Origin: Raillietiella orientalis
Lineage: Eukaryota
Direction: 5' to 3'
NCBI GenBank assembly: GCA_036172245.1
Contig: JAYWIR010000001.1
Location: forward strand, 9,672,001-9,736,000
DNA length: 64,000 bases
The first letter of the stretch is position 1; each line of letters begins with the position of its first letter. Below, piece by piece: positions 13,470-38,320 of this stretch. The translations under genes were made by a program, and so were the position numbers. The notes beneath the pieces are model-generated. The model was given only the letters and a program-made list of their open reading frames with translations, was not told where the DNA came from and made no database searches.

Positions 13470-14118
13470 TTTGCAAGAAACTGCCCCCTGGATCGAGCCC
13501 TGGCATAATGGCGTGGAATGAAGCGCACCACCGAGCGCCCGCAGACCGCCACCATCGTCCCTCTGAGCAGCGGCCGCCTTTTGCGAGCTACCTTGCCCTT
13601 TTCCTCCCTTCCTCCTTCCTTCGCACCTCCCGAACTCACCATCACCTACCAGAGGAGGAAGGAGTGGACGCAGATCCTGTATCCGGGGTTGCGGAATCAT
13701 CCTGAGGGACCCACCCACCTTAGTGCGTGCCAGAAACTGATGGCGCGGCCGACGCAGGGATGGACAGAGAGTCCGCCTACTCGCTTCCAGGATTGCCTCC
13801 CTGGAGCCCAGGAGGCGGAATTTGCACCGCTCGCTCCCCACGCGAGGTTCCCAGACGTGGTGAATCCAAGAAGAGGGAACGTCCCCTTCTTCTTCCCCCT
13901 GAACTTTCCACACAGGTCGTCGAGTCCTTCCTCCTCCTCTTTTCGATCTCTTTATTGCCTTCCACCTGCGTGATGCCCAAGCGGGAGGATCCGCCCAGCT
14001 TCCTCGCTCCCTCTTCCGAGAGCATGGCAGTTCCATCTGGACGGAGACGCGCGAAGTGTTGTCCTCCTCCTCCCTCCTTCATGAGCCTTCGTCGCCCACC
14101 AGGTCTCGAAGATCCTCC

Positions 14119-26669
<12,551 letters not shown>

Positions 26670-29600
26670 GCTGATTATGGCCTTCTAATTGCTAACGGGT
26701 GATTACATGCTCTCTTTTGACTTTACTTAGTTTTTTGCATGGCACTTCCAATATGCTGGCACATTTCAACGACCACCGTGTTTACATTGTGTAACAACAT
26801 AGCAATGCGCTATTGATCGTGCAATCTGACGGACGGTCTTGGTGTGTGTGTACGTGTTTTTTTTTTTTCTTTTCCTCTCCGTCTCTCTCTCTCAGCTTTG
26901 GAAGAGGAAAAAAAAAAAAACATGGAGTGATTTCTAAGTGCCTTTGAAACGAGTACTCAAAATGCATTTCTCAGATGAGGGAGGATGTGTGTTTAGGAGT
27001 CAACAAGGACAGAACACCCCCTACATCAGGCTGCCCCGGGAAACCCCTACACATGCTACACATAGATAAGGAGTAAACCAGCTCAGGAAGGAATCTTTTC
27101 CGTCTCTCTCAGTTCAAGACTCGACGTCTTGCAGTTTTTCTGTCGTCGCTCAAGCGTGAACAGTGTCAGGTGCTTTGCTTTGCCATTCGTGCCTTTAGTG
27201 AACCAAATGTGTTTCACTCTAAGAATTTGCATGTGCAGTCATTTGATGACTCCAAAGTAATAGGTTCAGGAGGGTTGACAGGGGCACAGTTTTGTTCTCC
27301 GTAAGCAAAATGATTTGGAATCAATTGTGATGAGAAGCATTACACTGTGGTGCTTCTTATCTTTGGTGCCTCTCCCACGGGAAGCAACTTTGCATGCATT
27401 CCCAGTAGCTGTTCTCGGGCTTGTATTGATAAGATGACTGGCTGGCATGCTTCAGTGAACTCGTTCAGACAAGATAATTGAGATTCCCCGTCTTTGATTG
27501 CTTTGCGAACATCGGTTCGTTTAAACGCCTTTGGGGAATGCCTTTTTTGAGAAACGCGTCACAGATTACGATTCACCGAACATCGCCTAGGTCCACCTCT
27601 TATACAAGAGTCCATGATTGGAGCTTCCTCTATGTGATCAGAAGGAAACTATCCCTTGTTATTGAAACCATTCCTTGATTCAGTTACTGTTTCGATGCAG
27701 TATGTCGTTTGAACTGCAAAATCATGAAACGAACTTCCACTTCGTTTTTTTGATAGGATTCACTGTCACACCTTTAATTGTCCAACGAGAGTCACAAACA
27801 TTGCTCTGATGGAGAGACTTCAAGTCGACTGACAAAAAACAGAATGATGAAGTATATCTTGTACATACTGTCGTGCTTACCTCATAATTTAGTCAATTAC
27901 ACTGTCTCCTGACTGTTTTCTAATTTGCCTCCTTATTTGTACTGTCACACGCAATTCACTTTTGATTCCACTTAACTAGTTCGGTGACACGTATGGTCCT
28001 CATTCAACAGTTTTATTAGTATTCTTCAGTGTCAGATGTTGATGCCGATTTAATAATGATCTTAATTTCATTTTCAACGCATTTGCTATGTGTTCATGAC
28101 AGCCATTTTACCTCGATCAAATGTTAAAATAATATAGCAACTTGTAGACTATTTTTCACGGAAAGTTTAACATATTATTTCTTCAGAAAATAAAACATGA
28201 ATTCTTGTTTTCGAAAAGAAAAAAAAAACAAGCTTTAGTTAAACTCCAGGTATCTAGGAAGTTAGACCTTTCGTGCACTAAATGGAAACTTCTGCTTTCT
28301 CACTCAGGATGGTGATGCAAATACTGCAGACAACGGAAGCATTCAACATCCATCCAGAATCACTTTTGTCAATACTTCCAATTTTCAACTTACAAAAATT
28401 TTGCCTAAGTCCCAAGGAAATCTCAGAACGATCCCAGTCCCTTTCTGAGAAGTCTTCTCTTATTTGATAATCAGCGATGCAGAAATTCAAAGCACAAAAA
28501 TGGAGGAATTGTAGCTATGGGTATCATCATTGACTGCATATGTAAATTTGAACCATGTTAAATAAACGTTATTTTGTGCATGTTTTTAGTCGTGACCTCT
28601 AGTCCTTCAGAAGTATAATGTCCTAGATGCTTTTATCGATAAGTGCTCAGAACGGTGGTGATCACTGTGAAAGTCATCATGAAAAATAAAAAAAAACACA
28701 AATTATTCTTTACATGCCATTTGTTGACATAATTAGAAGAAAAAGTCATAAAAAGAATCCAACAGTAACGGTCATAAATTATGCAACCATTTTTGTTTCA
28801 TTTCCTTGTTTGTGCCATTCTCTAGCATGGAAAGAAGTGAAATCGGTTTAATGTTGGTTAAATCTATATTGGTTAAATAAACGTTTTTAAAGAATTTACT
28901 ATAGTGTGAATAATATTTGAAAAGATAAATTATCAAATATTCAAATGTTACATCAAATGTTTGCATTTATCAACATAAAAAGTACTCAAATAAGAAATTC
29001 CATTCATCAACAGCATATTATTTTAATCATGTCGGTATTATGAATCACACAATACACAGGTTTGATCATTTGTTCCCGTTCTCGAGTCACATGCTGAAAT
29101 GGTTTTAGTTGCTTAAACTGTAGTGATTTCCAAGTCACATCCAGTCAGTGTTCACATTCGATTTGCCCCGCAGTTGAATTTATTGCTGAATTCATCCAAT
29201 GGGCTACAAGCAGTAATTGTGGGAATGGATTATTCTCGATTACTGAATACATCTAAGAGCTTCTAAAATCCAATGACTCCAACCACCACTTGTTTGTGGA
29301 TGCTACGTGCACGGTCTGAGTGTGGAATTGAGTTGGCTTGCGACCTCATAAATCATTAGCATAGGAGACCTCAGGAGGTCTCCAACGGCACGTCAGCTCT
29401 GAATTTCGGAATAAGGAATACTAGACCCTATGCAAAACAAGTTTAAAAAGAAATGAAAATAAAGATTCATAAGGGGTGATGACGTTAAGTAATTAATTCA
29501 TTCAAGAACTGAAATGACGGTAGGTTAGAATACAATGAACTCTGATAGTGGCTGAACAAGTAATGCTATTATTTTTATTTTTCTTCCTTGAAAACAGTAG

Positions 29601-31496
29601 TCTGCAATTTCATTTATGTATTCCAGTATATACTACCACTGGAGCCGAAGTAGTAAATATAAGGATTAAGAAGATAAAGGAGAATCTTATAATTATTGAT
29701 TCTTTTTGATTGAAAAAGGATTAATATTCGAACTCGCCAATTATCGCCAGTTAAACGGTGAGTCAAATTTTCTCCTACACCATAGGCAAAAGAGCATCCC
29801 AGACACTTTGAAGAAGGTTTCTTCCATGGAAAATGCATGCAGTCCATCTTGGCCATTGAGGAATGACCTGGTCCATATCTTGGTAATGGAGGAAATTTCA
29901 TTTGTCAGTCCATACGGGAATAATTGATTAGAATCATGCTCAGACGTTGAAATAAATCACTGGATTTATTGAAAATCACTATAAAAAAAGAAAATGTATA
30001 CTCCTTGTCAGCATAGATTTAGGGGAAGATGAAGTGTAAAAAAACCTTTAGCGAGTTGATTGCCTTGGTTTGTTTTTCAATTTAAGATAGTTCTCCAGAA
30101 GAGTTCGATCCGTAGAGCACATGTATCGAAATCTTGTGTGATGTGTAAGAAAACTTAAGAGTTTTCCTTAGCAGGCCTCTCTGAACTCCTTCAAAAAAAA
30201 AAAAATCCTGGAAGCTGAATTTCAGCATGCAATAAACGGCCTGCATATGGTTTTACATTTTTATTCTCCGTAACATGAAAAACTACTGCAAGTCCACCAA
30301 CAAAAGTAGTAGAGAATTACTGAGTCTGAAGATTCGACATTCAACAAATCAAACGATGGTGGCACTTTCGTCTCTATTTGCAGTGAAAGGAAACCTCAAG
30401 GAAAGCGGAAACATTTAGAGATGGCAACCACTGTTGGCTCAAAACGTTCCCACCGAAAAGAAAAGAGATTCCCTTGGTACTTACTCAAAGACAGAGTACG
30501 GTGACGAGAACTCTCGTTCACGAATGCTCAGGAACGGTGCAGAGAACATCGTAGCAGTTTTCAGAACTGAATACAATTCAGAAATTATGAACGACCAATT
30601 AATTAAGACAGATGCTATCGCTGATAGTGGAAACCACCGTTTCGTCGATTTGGTTGAAGGAACACTTGCCGTTCCAGTTGGCACTGTGTCATGGACCACA
30701 GTCCACTCGGTCCAGAGATGTCCCTAATCGATTTCAGGTGCCATCAATTCGATGCTCATCCTTGTGGTGAAGCATTTGCACCGGAAACCACGACGTGTTC
30801 ACTTACTTCTTCATGATCAGTTGACAACCATGTGTGATTGAGTTGGATTGCACCTTGAAATTTGCCCTTCTCACAACGGCCGGGATTTTCATTTTGCAGT
30901 TTTTGTTACGAGCGTATTTTTGCGTTACGTGCAGTTATTCTAAAAGACTGACAGCGTTGATTATATTCCGCTATTTGCCTTAGAAGGTAATCGTAGTGTC
31001 ACAAAGATCCACGAGCCGGGCGTACCTTTTTTGTGTGAACAGCACAAATAGGAAAATGTAAAGCTGCATGCTTAAATGAAAGCATAAAATTATTAACTTT
31101 CTTAATGCTCCGAAAAGATCATGAATCGATTATCTAGTGATCAGACTCGATACATATCATTCTGCACACTCAGCGAATTTTTATCAATCAGTCCCTCGTG
31201 CCTTTGTGCGTATGTGTGTTAAAACACAGTGTGTGCTGCACAATTAAAGTGCATATCATGAATGTAACGAAGTTGGGCGCAGAAAGCAGAAAAATTCGCT
31301 TTAGTACGTCCAACATGCGTTCCAACGTGGCCTCCTGTTACAAGCAGCAAGAACAGAACAGATGCCTCAACAAAAACAATGAATCTTCACATATTCCTTT
31401 ATTTGAATGTTGTCAAACAAGTCTGAAAGTTAGGGATAATTCATAATGGGGTGCTATGATTTTTGAAAAACTTATTTCCCATTTATAACGCAGGCA

Positions 31497-32998
31497 TTAG
31501 TCTAATGACATATCGTCTTCTTCCTTTGAACGATCTTTTTTTGGAACTGGTTGGGACTGAAGGGAACGAATGAATGCCTCCATGTCACCTTGCTGGGCAG
31601 CCTGCACAGCAGCTTCACTCAATCCAAACTGCTGCATTAAAGGGCCCAACTGACCAGATTCCAAGGCAGCACTAAATGTTGACACAGCCTACACAGCACT
31701 TGGATGTAATTATTACCCCTGTCTCACCTGCTGGAAAGATGGGGACTGAATAGTTCCTTTCAGCTGCTCAGCAGGTGGCAGATTAGCAAGTTCACTACAG
31801 TTGGGTAAATACTGACGGAGTTGCTCCACAAATTCCTTATTGGAAAGAATGGGCTGAAGAGCCTCTGCTGTCATAGCTGAAGACAAATCCACTGAAAGAC
31901 AAATCAATAGTGGCAAATATACACAAAAAAAAACAAACCTGATGCAGGTTCTGCACTCTGCGGATTGCTATTTTCCATCCCAGATAAAATGGACTGTAAA
32001 TCAGAAAGCTGAATTGCTGGCTGTACATTAGTAGGTGCTTGTCTGGTGGTGACAGATGAAGTAGTAGGAGCAGATGACCGAGAACTCTCCAGGCTGGATG
32101 AATGCTGATTGCTAACAATAACAAAAACACACGTTCAAAAAGTGTTATTATAGCATACTTTCCCAGAAGACCAGACATGTTATTGACCCCTGTGATCAGC
32201 TGCATAAGCTGCTGCTGATTCATATTAGAAAGTAGATTCTGCAGTTCACTATCACCTAAATTAACAAGATCTGCTGGAATACCAGACTGACCACTACGTG
32301 AACCAGTAGCAGGAGGATTGTTTAATAAATCATTAATCTTCTGGCAATAATCATCATCTTTATCACAGGAGGGTTCCTGGAAAACATGAATACAAAAGCA
32401 CAATAGGACAAAATCAAACCTGCATCCAGTAAAAACATTTACGATTTGTAGACTTAAATTTGAGCACATATACACGACTTGTTGTATTCTGGGTGATGCG
32501 TTTATATTCAATATCATCTGGAAAAATGATAAGATCCTGAAAAGCAGTAACACTTGTGATAAAATCAAGAATTCTCAATTCTCTTATATCATTCTCATAT
32601 GTAATTAAAATTTTCAAGCTTAAATTAGAAAGTAATGAAATAGAATGCTCTGATATCAAAATATTGAACACTTATATACAATATTTACATTAATTAAAAG
32701 TTTAAAGAGCCATTAGATAATGTAATATTCAAATTAATGCCTTGTAACTTAAAGTAAAGAAATGGATAACATGAAAACTAACATCTTCCACAGTTCCAGT
32801 GGTTCTGTCTTTCCAACAGAGATGCATCAAGGCATCATCAGACTGGTAAATATATAATAACCCTTTTCTTTTATCTGGGTAAACCATATTTCCTCTTAAT
32901 GTTAATTTGCCTGCTCTAAATTCAACCAGATTACGATTCTGCGTTCTCGAACTGCTATTTCCAAATAAAGGTGTGGTAGTTAATGTTGATGAAGTCAT
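31497..32998 (-). CDS. ADRM1: Proteasomal ubiquitin receptor ADRM1/Rpn13 (Pru domain plus UCH37-binding domain), 6 coding exons
   Basis: Exons 32783-32998, 32420-32536, 32159-32376, 31939-32111, 31728-31891, 31497-31688, with GT-AG introns. Peptides [101 protein letters not shown]-terminal EDDMSLD*. Confidence 0.96.
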
Positions 32999-33921
32999 TA
33001 TCCTGAAGTCTACAAAAAAATAATGCAAGCATCTTGGTTTTAGAACACTAGTCAAATCTACAGCTAAGCATTGACCTAGTTTTCGATAATTCATATAATT
33101 TTTAATTTTAGAGAAGTAAAGACATCCTTCTTTGGCCTTGCTGGGATATCCTGAATCTTTTAACAATATTTTTAATACATCAGCATGGCTGCAATAAATA
33201 ACTGTGCATTTAGAAAACATTTGGTTTAACAAAGTATATTTAAACAATAACTAACTAGGAGAAAATAGAGGTAAACCTATTCCACTGTAAAATCAGTGTA
33301 AAATCGTACTCTTGAGGTACAATTCATTTTCGGATTGTTGTCAAGTTATTAACTCTTAAATCAGTGGGGCCAAAAATTCTTTTTCAATCTAAATTCAACC
33401 TGTTAACAATTAATGTTGACCATTTTTGCACTAAATATCTTATGTTGAATGCAAAAGCAAAAAATTATTTGAACTTGAATATTAACTCTCAGCATTTTTC
33501 CACTAATTGCAGCTAATTTAATACTACAGCTTTCATCATCTCCAAACAGAGCGAAGAAAAATTTAAATACCTCCACAGCACAACACAAAATCATCCACAA
33601 TCCAATATTTTCTCTTAACAAAAATTTGGTAGAGATTTATAGTTGGTGATGATGGATGATATTGTTTAACAAGACACCTGAATCAATAACTCCATCATTC
33701 GAGGTTTTTCAAACAATCCTCCAAACAGGTGTGATCCACGCTCTAAAAGTAATGGGCAAATGAATTTTTTGTAATATTTCATGAATTAGAAAACTGCCAT
33801 CTAAACTTCGAGCAAAAAAGGTGCTTCAGTTGGACAATGTATTCAGAAAGACTGCATTTTCTAACCAAGCTAGCGAAATGCTTTTCACCTTTTACTTGTC
33901 GAGTCTCTGGCAACCAAGTTC

Positions 33922-33963
<42 letters not shown>
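33922..33963. repeat. T18-A24 abutting homopolymers (self-complementary)
   Basis: Direct read of the sequence; run lengths may be imprecise in the assembly. Confidence 0.8.
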
Positions 33964-33968
<5 letters not shown>

Positions 33969-36221
33969 AAGGAAAGGAAAGGAAACAAAGAAAGAAAGAA
34001 AAACGAAAAAAAAATAGGATCTGAGGTAAGAGGATCCATTTAGGCAAAATAATGATAATTTGTAGGATTCCCTCAAATAACTCTTTTTGAATGTGTTCTT
34101 GATGTCATGCGTCTTTGAGGAAGAGACCTCGTTCTGTTCATGTGATGGCCTTCCCAGGTTGACGTATCATTATTTGTTTTCACATTATTTTCAATTTTTT
34201 CAAAGATTCGTTTAAACATTGCATTTCATTGCGCTTTGCGATGCGTTCAAATATTTTCCTAAGAATAAAACTGTTATTTTAATATTCAGGATCTTTTTGA
34301 AACTTCTTTCTGCTGCACGGAAAACATCTGAATGATCTGATAGCGCAAATTTAACACAGTTTTCTTAGATTATTTGCAAGAACACATTCTGGAATGATAA
34401 AAATAAGCGCCTCTTCTTTCTCTCGACTATTAGCTCCGAGATCAGAAATTTTTATGTGGATGGAAATGGCTTCCAAGTTTCGTTCCAAGAAGTAACGACG
34501 TTTTTGCATTATTCAGATGTCAAATTATTTGTTTATTTTCCAGGCATCAATGACAGGATCTATCTTTGTACTCTCACTTATCATAATAGGTGGCTGCTTC
34601 ATGAAATTGAAGAACGAAAGATAAGCACCTTCTAAGACATTGCCACTATTCCTAGTGTTCCAGCATGTTTAGAAAGGCAGCTTCTCAGATCATGCTGCTA
34701 TAGCCAAAACCCAAAATCATTATTTCGACTGTTTAGCACCAACATACTTAACTTCTTTAGAATTGAGAAGTCTTCTATCGGTTTGCTCAAAAATGCATTC
34801 GAAAATTTGAAAACTTTCATCAACAATAAACAACAGAATGTCGCTATTTGCTATCTTAATATGAATCTCACAATCTAAGCGTGTAAGCATGTCTTGTGGT
34901 TGAACAAGTCTGCCGATCAGTGTCTACACTGTCTACCATTCTATTAATCAGTGTGTAAAAAGAATACTGGATATTTCTGATGGAATTTCCACAATTGCTT
35001 TCAGCGTTAAACAACGAATGGCATTAATGAAAATATTAAAATATACGTAATAATTTAAAGTTTCCATGAATGGAACGTACTATGCAAAGGGCGATTCCTC
35101 CTTGAATGTCCCAAGCATAAAACTTGATCGAAAGTTTCTTTCTAAGGATTTTGTCTCTCCTAGTTCCAGTACTTCGGGAGATTTTTGGGTTTTTCCAGAA
35201 AAATTTCCTATATTTCAGAATTCTCAATTATTTCTAGGTTCAACTGTTCGATGTTTCTGACACTTACTCAAATTACATAAATATGTCCACATTCTGTTAA
35301 TGAAAAAACACAGTTGTGAACCAAGAAGTAAAAAACAAAAAACGTGTATACACCTACGAACGTCAGTGGCATTTTGAAGCAGTATCTCCCGCACAGGATT
35401 CCATTCTTTGTGCCGATAACTCTCAGAAAGTTCCTATTGCTTTTAATACCGTTCTGTTTCACGAGTAGCATGGCATTCCGCGCTTTGGTGAATTGTGTCG
35501 AGACGTTGAGTTTTTGTCTTTCTCTTGAGTTCAGCTCCGCGAATTTTAGGATAGCAGTGAAGAAAATATCTTTGAATATTTTCAAAAAATGTTTTGAAAA
35601 ATCAAATGACCCCATTTAAACCACCATAAAATAAACTATTAATCGACTTTGAGGTTGCAATCTTATTCAAACATTTTCGAATCCCATACAGAAAACCACT
35701 TGATGACAACTATGACCATACGGAGTCAAGTTCTTTGGGAAATATTCCTGCAAATGACTTTTCAGTAATTTGAAATGCAATTACACCGAGAAATCTTGAC
35801 TGATAATTCATGGAGAATCAGCAACTGTATGTGGTTTTCCTGAATACACGAGTATACCTTTAGTACTGATCTATAAGACAGTGAAGCTGTCCAAAACTTC
35901 TAATGGGCAAATGAGAAATCATACCATAGGCCCAACAGATTCAATGATTACGTAAATATATGTTATTGACAACACACAAACTTTAATGGGGTAACAAAAA
36001 AATGGTCCAACATTTGCTACGATACATATAACATTACATGAGGTATGATGATGACAAATTCACCTCTACCTAAGAATTAATCATGCAAACAATTAACCAA
36101 CTGGCATCTGAGATTAAAATATTTTCTACTAATAATGCATTTACAAATCCTTTGTCTGAAACCATTTTGAATTTCGATTTTTTTAATCAGACAGAATGTG
36201 ATGGACAAAATACACTGCTGT

Positions 36222-37895
36222 TCAGCTGAATCTCTGATGTAAAGTGATGGCTGTTGTTGCAGGTGTTGGCTGGACAATCAGGTGATCTGCTTTACTTTCC
36301 AATTGACCAAATGGAACATTTGTCCTGGCTCCCATTTGTAGCTGGCTTATCTGAGCTTGAAGGACAGGATCCAGTTTAGGCTTGTGTACAGGGATTGGCT
36401 GCATATCAACATCAGACCAGTTATTGTCATTAGCAAATGTAACTGTGGGCATATGGGTTGAATTCTGCATGGTTGCTGCACGTGCCCATACCCTCTGTGC
36501 ATTGGGATTGGGTATGTATACTGTTATTCCTCTTGATGGCACTGAACTGCACAACACAGATAATGCTTTGTACAAGTTCCACTTACCTCTGATACTGCAA
36601 AAGGTCAGAGCGCAATGGATTAACCAGAGTCTTTCCTATCCTTTGCTTTGGAAGACGAATCTACAATATGGCATATTCAAGAAATCCATGATAATAAGAT
36701 AGTACCAATAAATTTTTTCTCTTAGTTATCAGAGCTGTTCTGGTTCCACTTTGTGGATTTCTTTTCTTAACTCCTGGATGGAGAATTTTCAATGCTTGTT
36801 TGCGAGCTGCTTGCAGCCTCTTTCTGCTATTGGGTACATACATGCTCAATAACTGGCTAGAAGCATTTTGTTTCCTTTTCTGAACACGATTCTTTGGAAA
36901 GAATGCTTTTTTGGTTCTTTTTTTCTAAAATTAAGGCAAGTTTAACGGATTCTTCAAAAGTGTAACTATGTATTATCAGACATCCACTGTACTCTCACAA
37001 CCCAAAATACACAGCAGAAGAATCATAACTTCATTAATGCCTTACTGAAATAATGACTGTCTAATGATCATTATTCAATGAATTTTAAACCTGAAAGGAT
37101 TCTGCTAATGAACTGAAATATATTATATTCCAAAGCCTTGAATTCACAAAAATTTGCCAGTCTTTATTCCATCCATTCCATAGAAATTTAAATTAATTTT
37201 GCTTTAATGAATATACTTTAATTTTGCTTCAATCTACCAAATAAAGAAGACAGTACGCTTCACTGTTTTCAAAAGGATCTGAAGAACGAATACCAACAAC
37301 TTTATTGTCAATCGCAGCAAGTGAAAAATAATTTTATTTCACCATAACACAAACACCACAGTAGACTTCTGTGTCATTCAAATTACTTACTTGGGTTTGA
37401 TTTTTTCTTGTGTTTTGAGCTGGTGAGGTTTTAATGCCCTTGAGCCGTATTATGTCCTCTGTAACAATACACACAAGTAATCATTTCTTTTGAAACACTT
37501 TGATAACACGAATAAACAAAACGAATTCGGTTACTGGGTCTTTTTTTTTTTTTTTTTCCCACTTTCCACGATGAAATTGAAATAGGTAGCACATATACTA
37601 GGTGGTCACAATGCGACAACGAAAACCATGGGCCCAGTTAGACAGTATGATGAAAGCGGGTTCTGCGCAACAGATAAGCAAAACCATTCTGCAAAATAGC
37701 AAGAGACCAGGAGAAAGAAACCAGCAACTCTCACTTTAAACACCCGAAATGTCAAGAACCACGGTGCCAAAACGGCTTACGACAGATTACAGAGGAGGTG
37801 GAAGGGGGGGGGGGGGAGGAAGACGGAAAGGAAGGAAGAAAAAAAAAATTACCTAACGACATATCCAACATGTTTTTCTGACGGAACTTGGCCAT
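36222..37895 (-). CDS. FYTTD1: UAP56-interacting factor (UIF/FYTTD1)-like mRNA export adaptor, 5 coding exons
   Basis: Exons 37853-37895, 37391-37458, 36706-36924, 36587-36660, 36222-36546 splice in frame with GT-AG: MAKFRQKNMLDMSLEDIIRLKG... basic K/R-rich middle ...TTAITLHQRFS*. N-terminal DMSL(E/D)DII is the UAP56-binding motif of UIF/ALYREF; C-terminal TLxxRF resembles UIF/CHTOP-type motifs; no RRM seen, which argues against ALYREF. Family call rests on short motifs. Confidence 0.7.
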
Positions 37896-37949
37896 GGTTC
37901 AGATTTCACGACGAAAACTCTGAAGCTGGACGAGCAACAAATTCCAAAC

Positions 37950-38320
37950 GGGCATGCAGCAGGGAACACCGAGAGGAGCGACTTCTTCGGCTGCTGGGCC
38001 GCTTGCCGTCAGTTCATCGCAACCTCCGCGCGCGCTCGCCGAGCGCACCACTCCGCGCTTTTGCCGCCCGGCCGCAGCGAGGCGCTCCGCGGCGCGGACG
38101 AGGCGCGGCGCGCGGCCACGGCCGCGGGGGAGCCGCTCGGAAGCACGCGGCCGAGACCCGGGACGAGCAAAGCATCGCGTGCCGAGATGTGCAAGGGGGG
38201 TCGAAGACATCCTAACCTCGCACTGGTGGACCACGGATCGGAGGAGGGGGACATGAAAAACCCAGCGCCGACCTCCGAAACCCCGAAATTCGCAGTCCTG
38301 CAGCCTCGGAGATTTTCCAT
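37950..38320. promoter_or_regulatory. CpG-island-like GC-rich patch upstream of the FYTTD1-like start codon
   Basis: ~370-nt CG-dense block (e.g. cgcggcgcggacgaggcgcggcgcgcggccacggccgcgg) in AT-rich DNA, starting ~55 nt 5' of the ATG at 37895. Confidence 0.55.

Noticed and set aside
11261-14036. ORFs of 250-340 aa (11261-12151, 12529-13506, 13005-14036)
   Set aside because: Translations of homopurine/homopyrimidine tracts; no recognisable family. They lie beyond the NALCN stop at 14119.
27900-30900. Short ORFs between NALCN exon 1 and ADRM1 (28282, 29614, 30434)
   Set aside because: No homology or consistent splice model; may be NALCN upstream/UTR sequence but unsupported.
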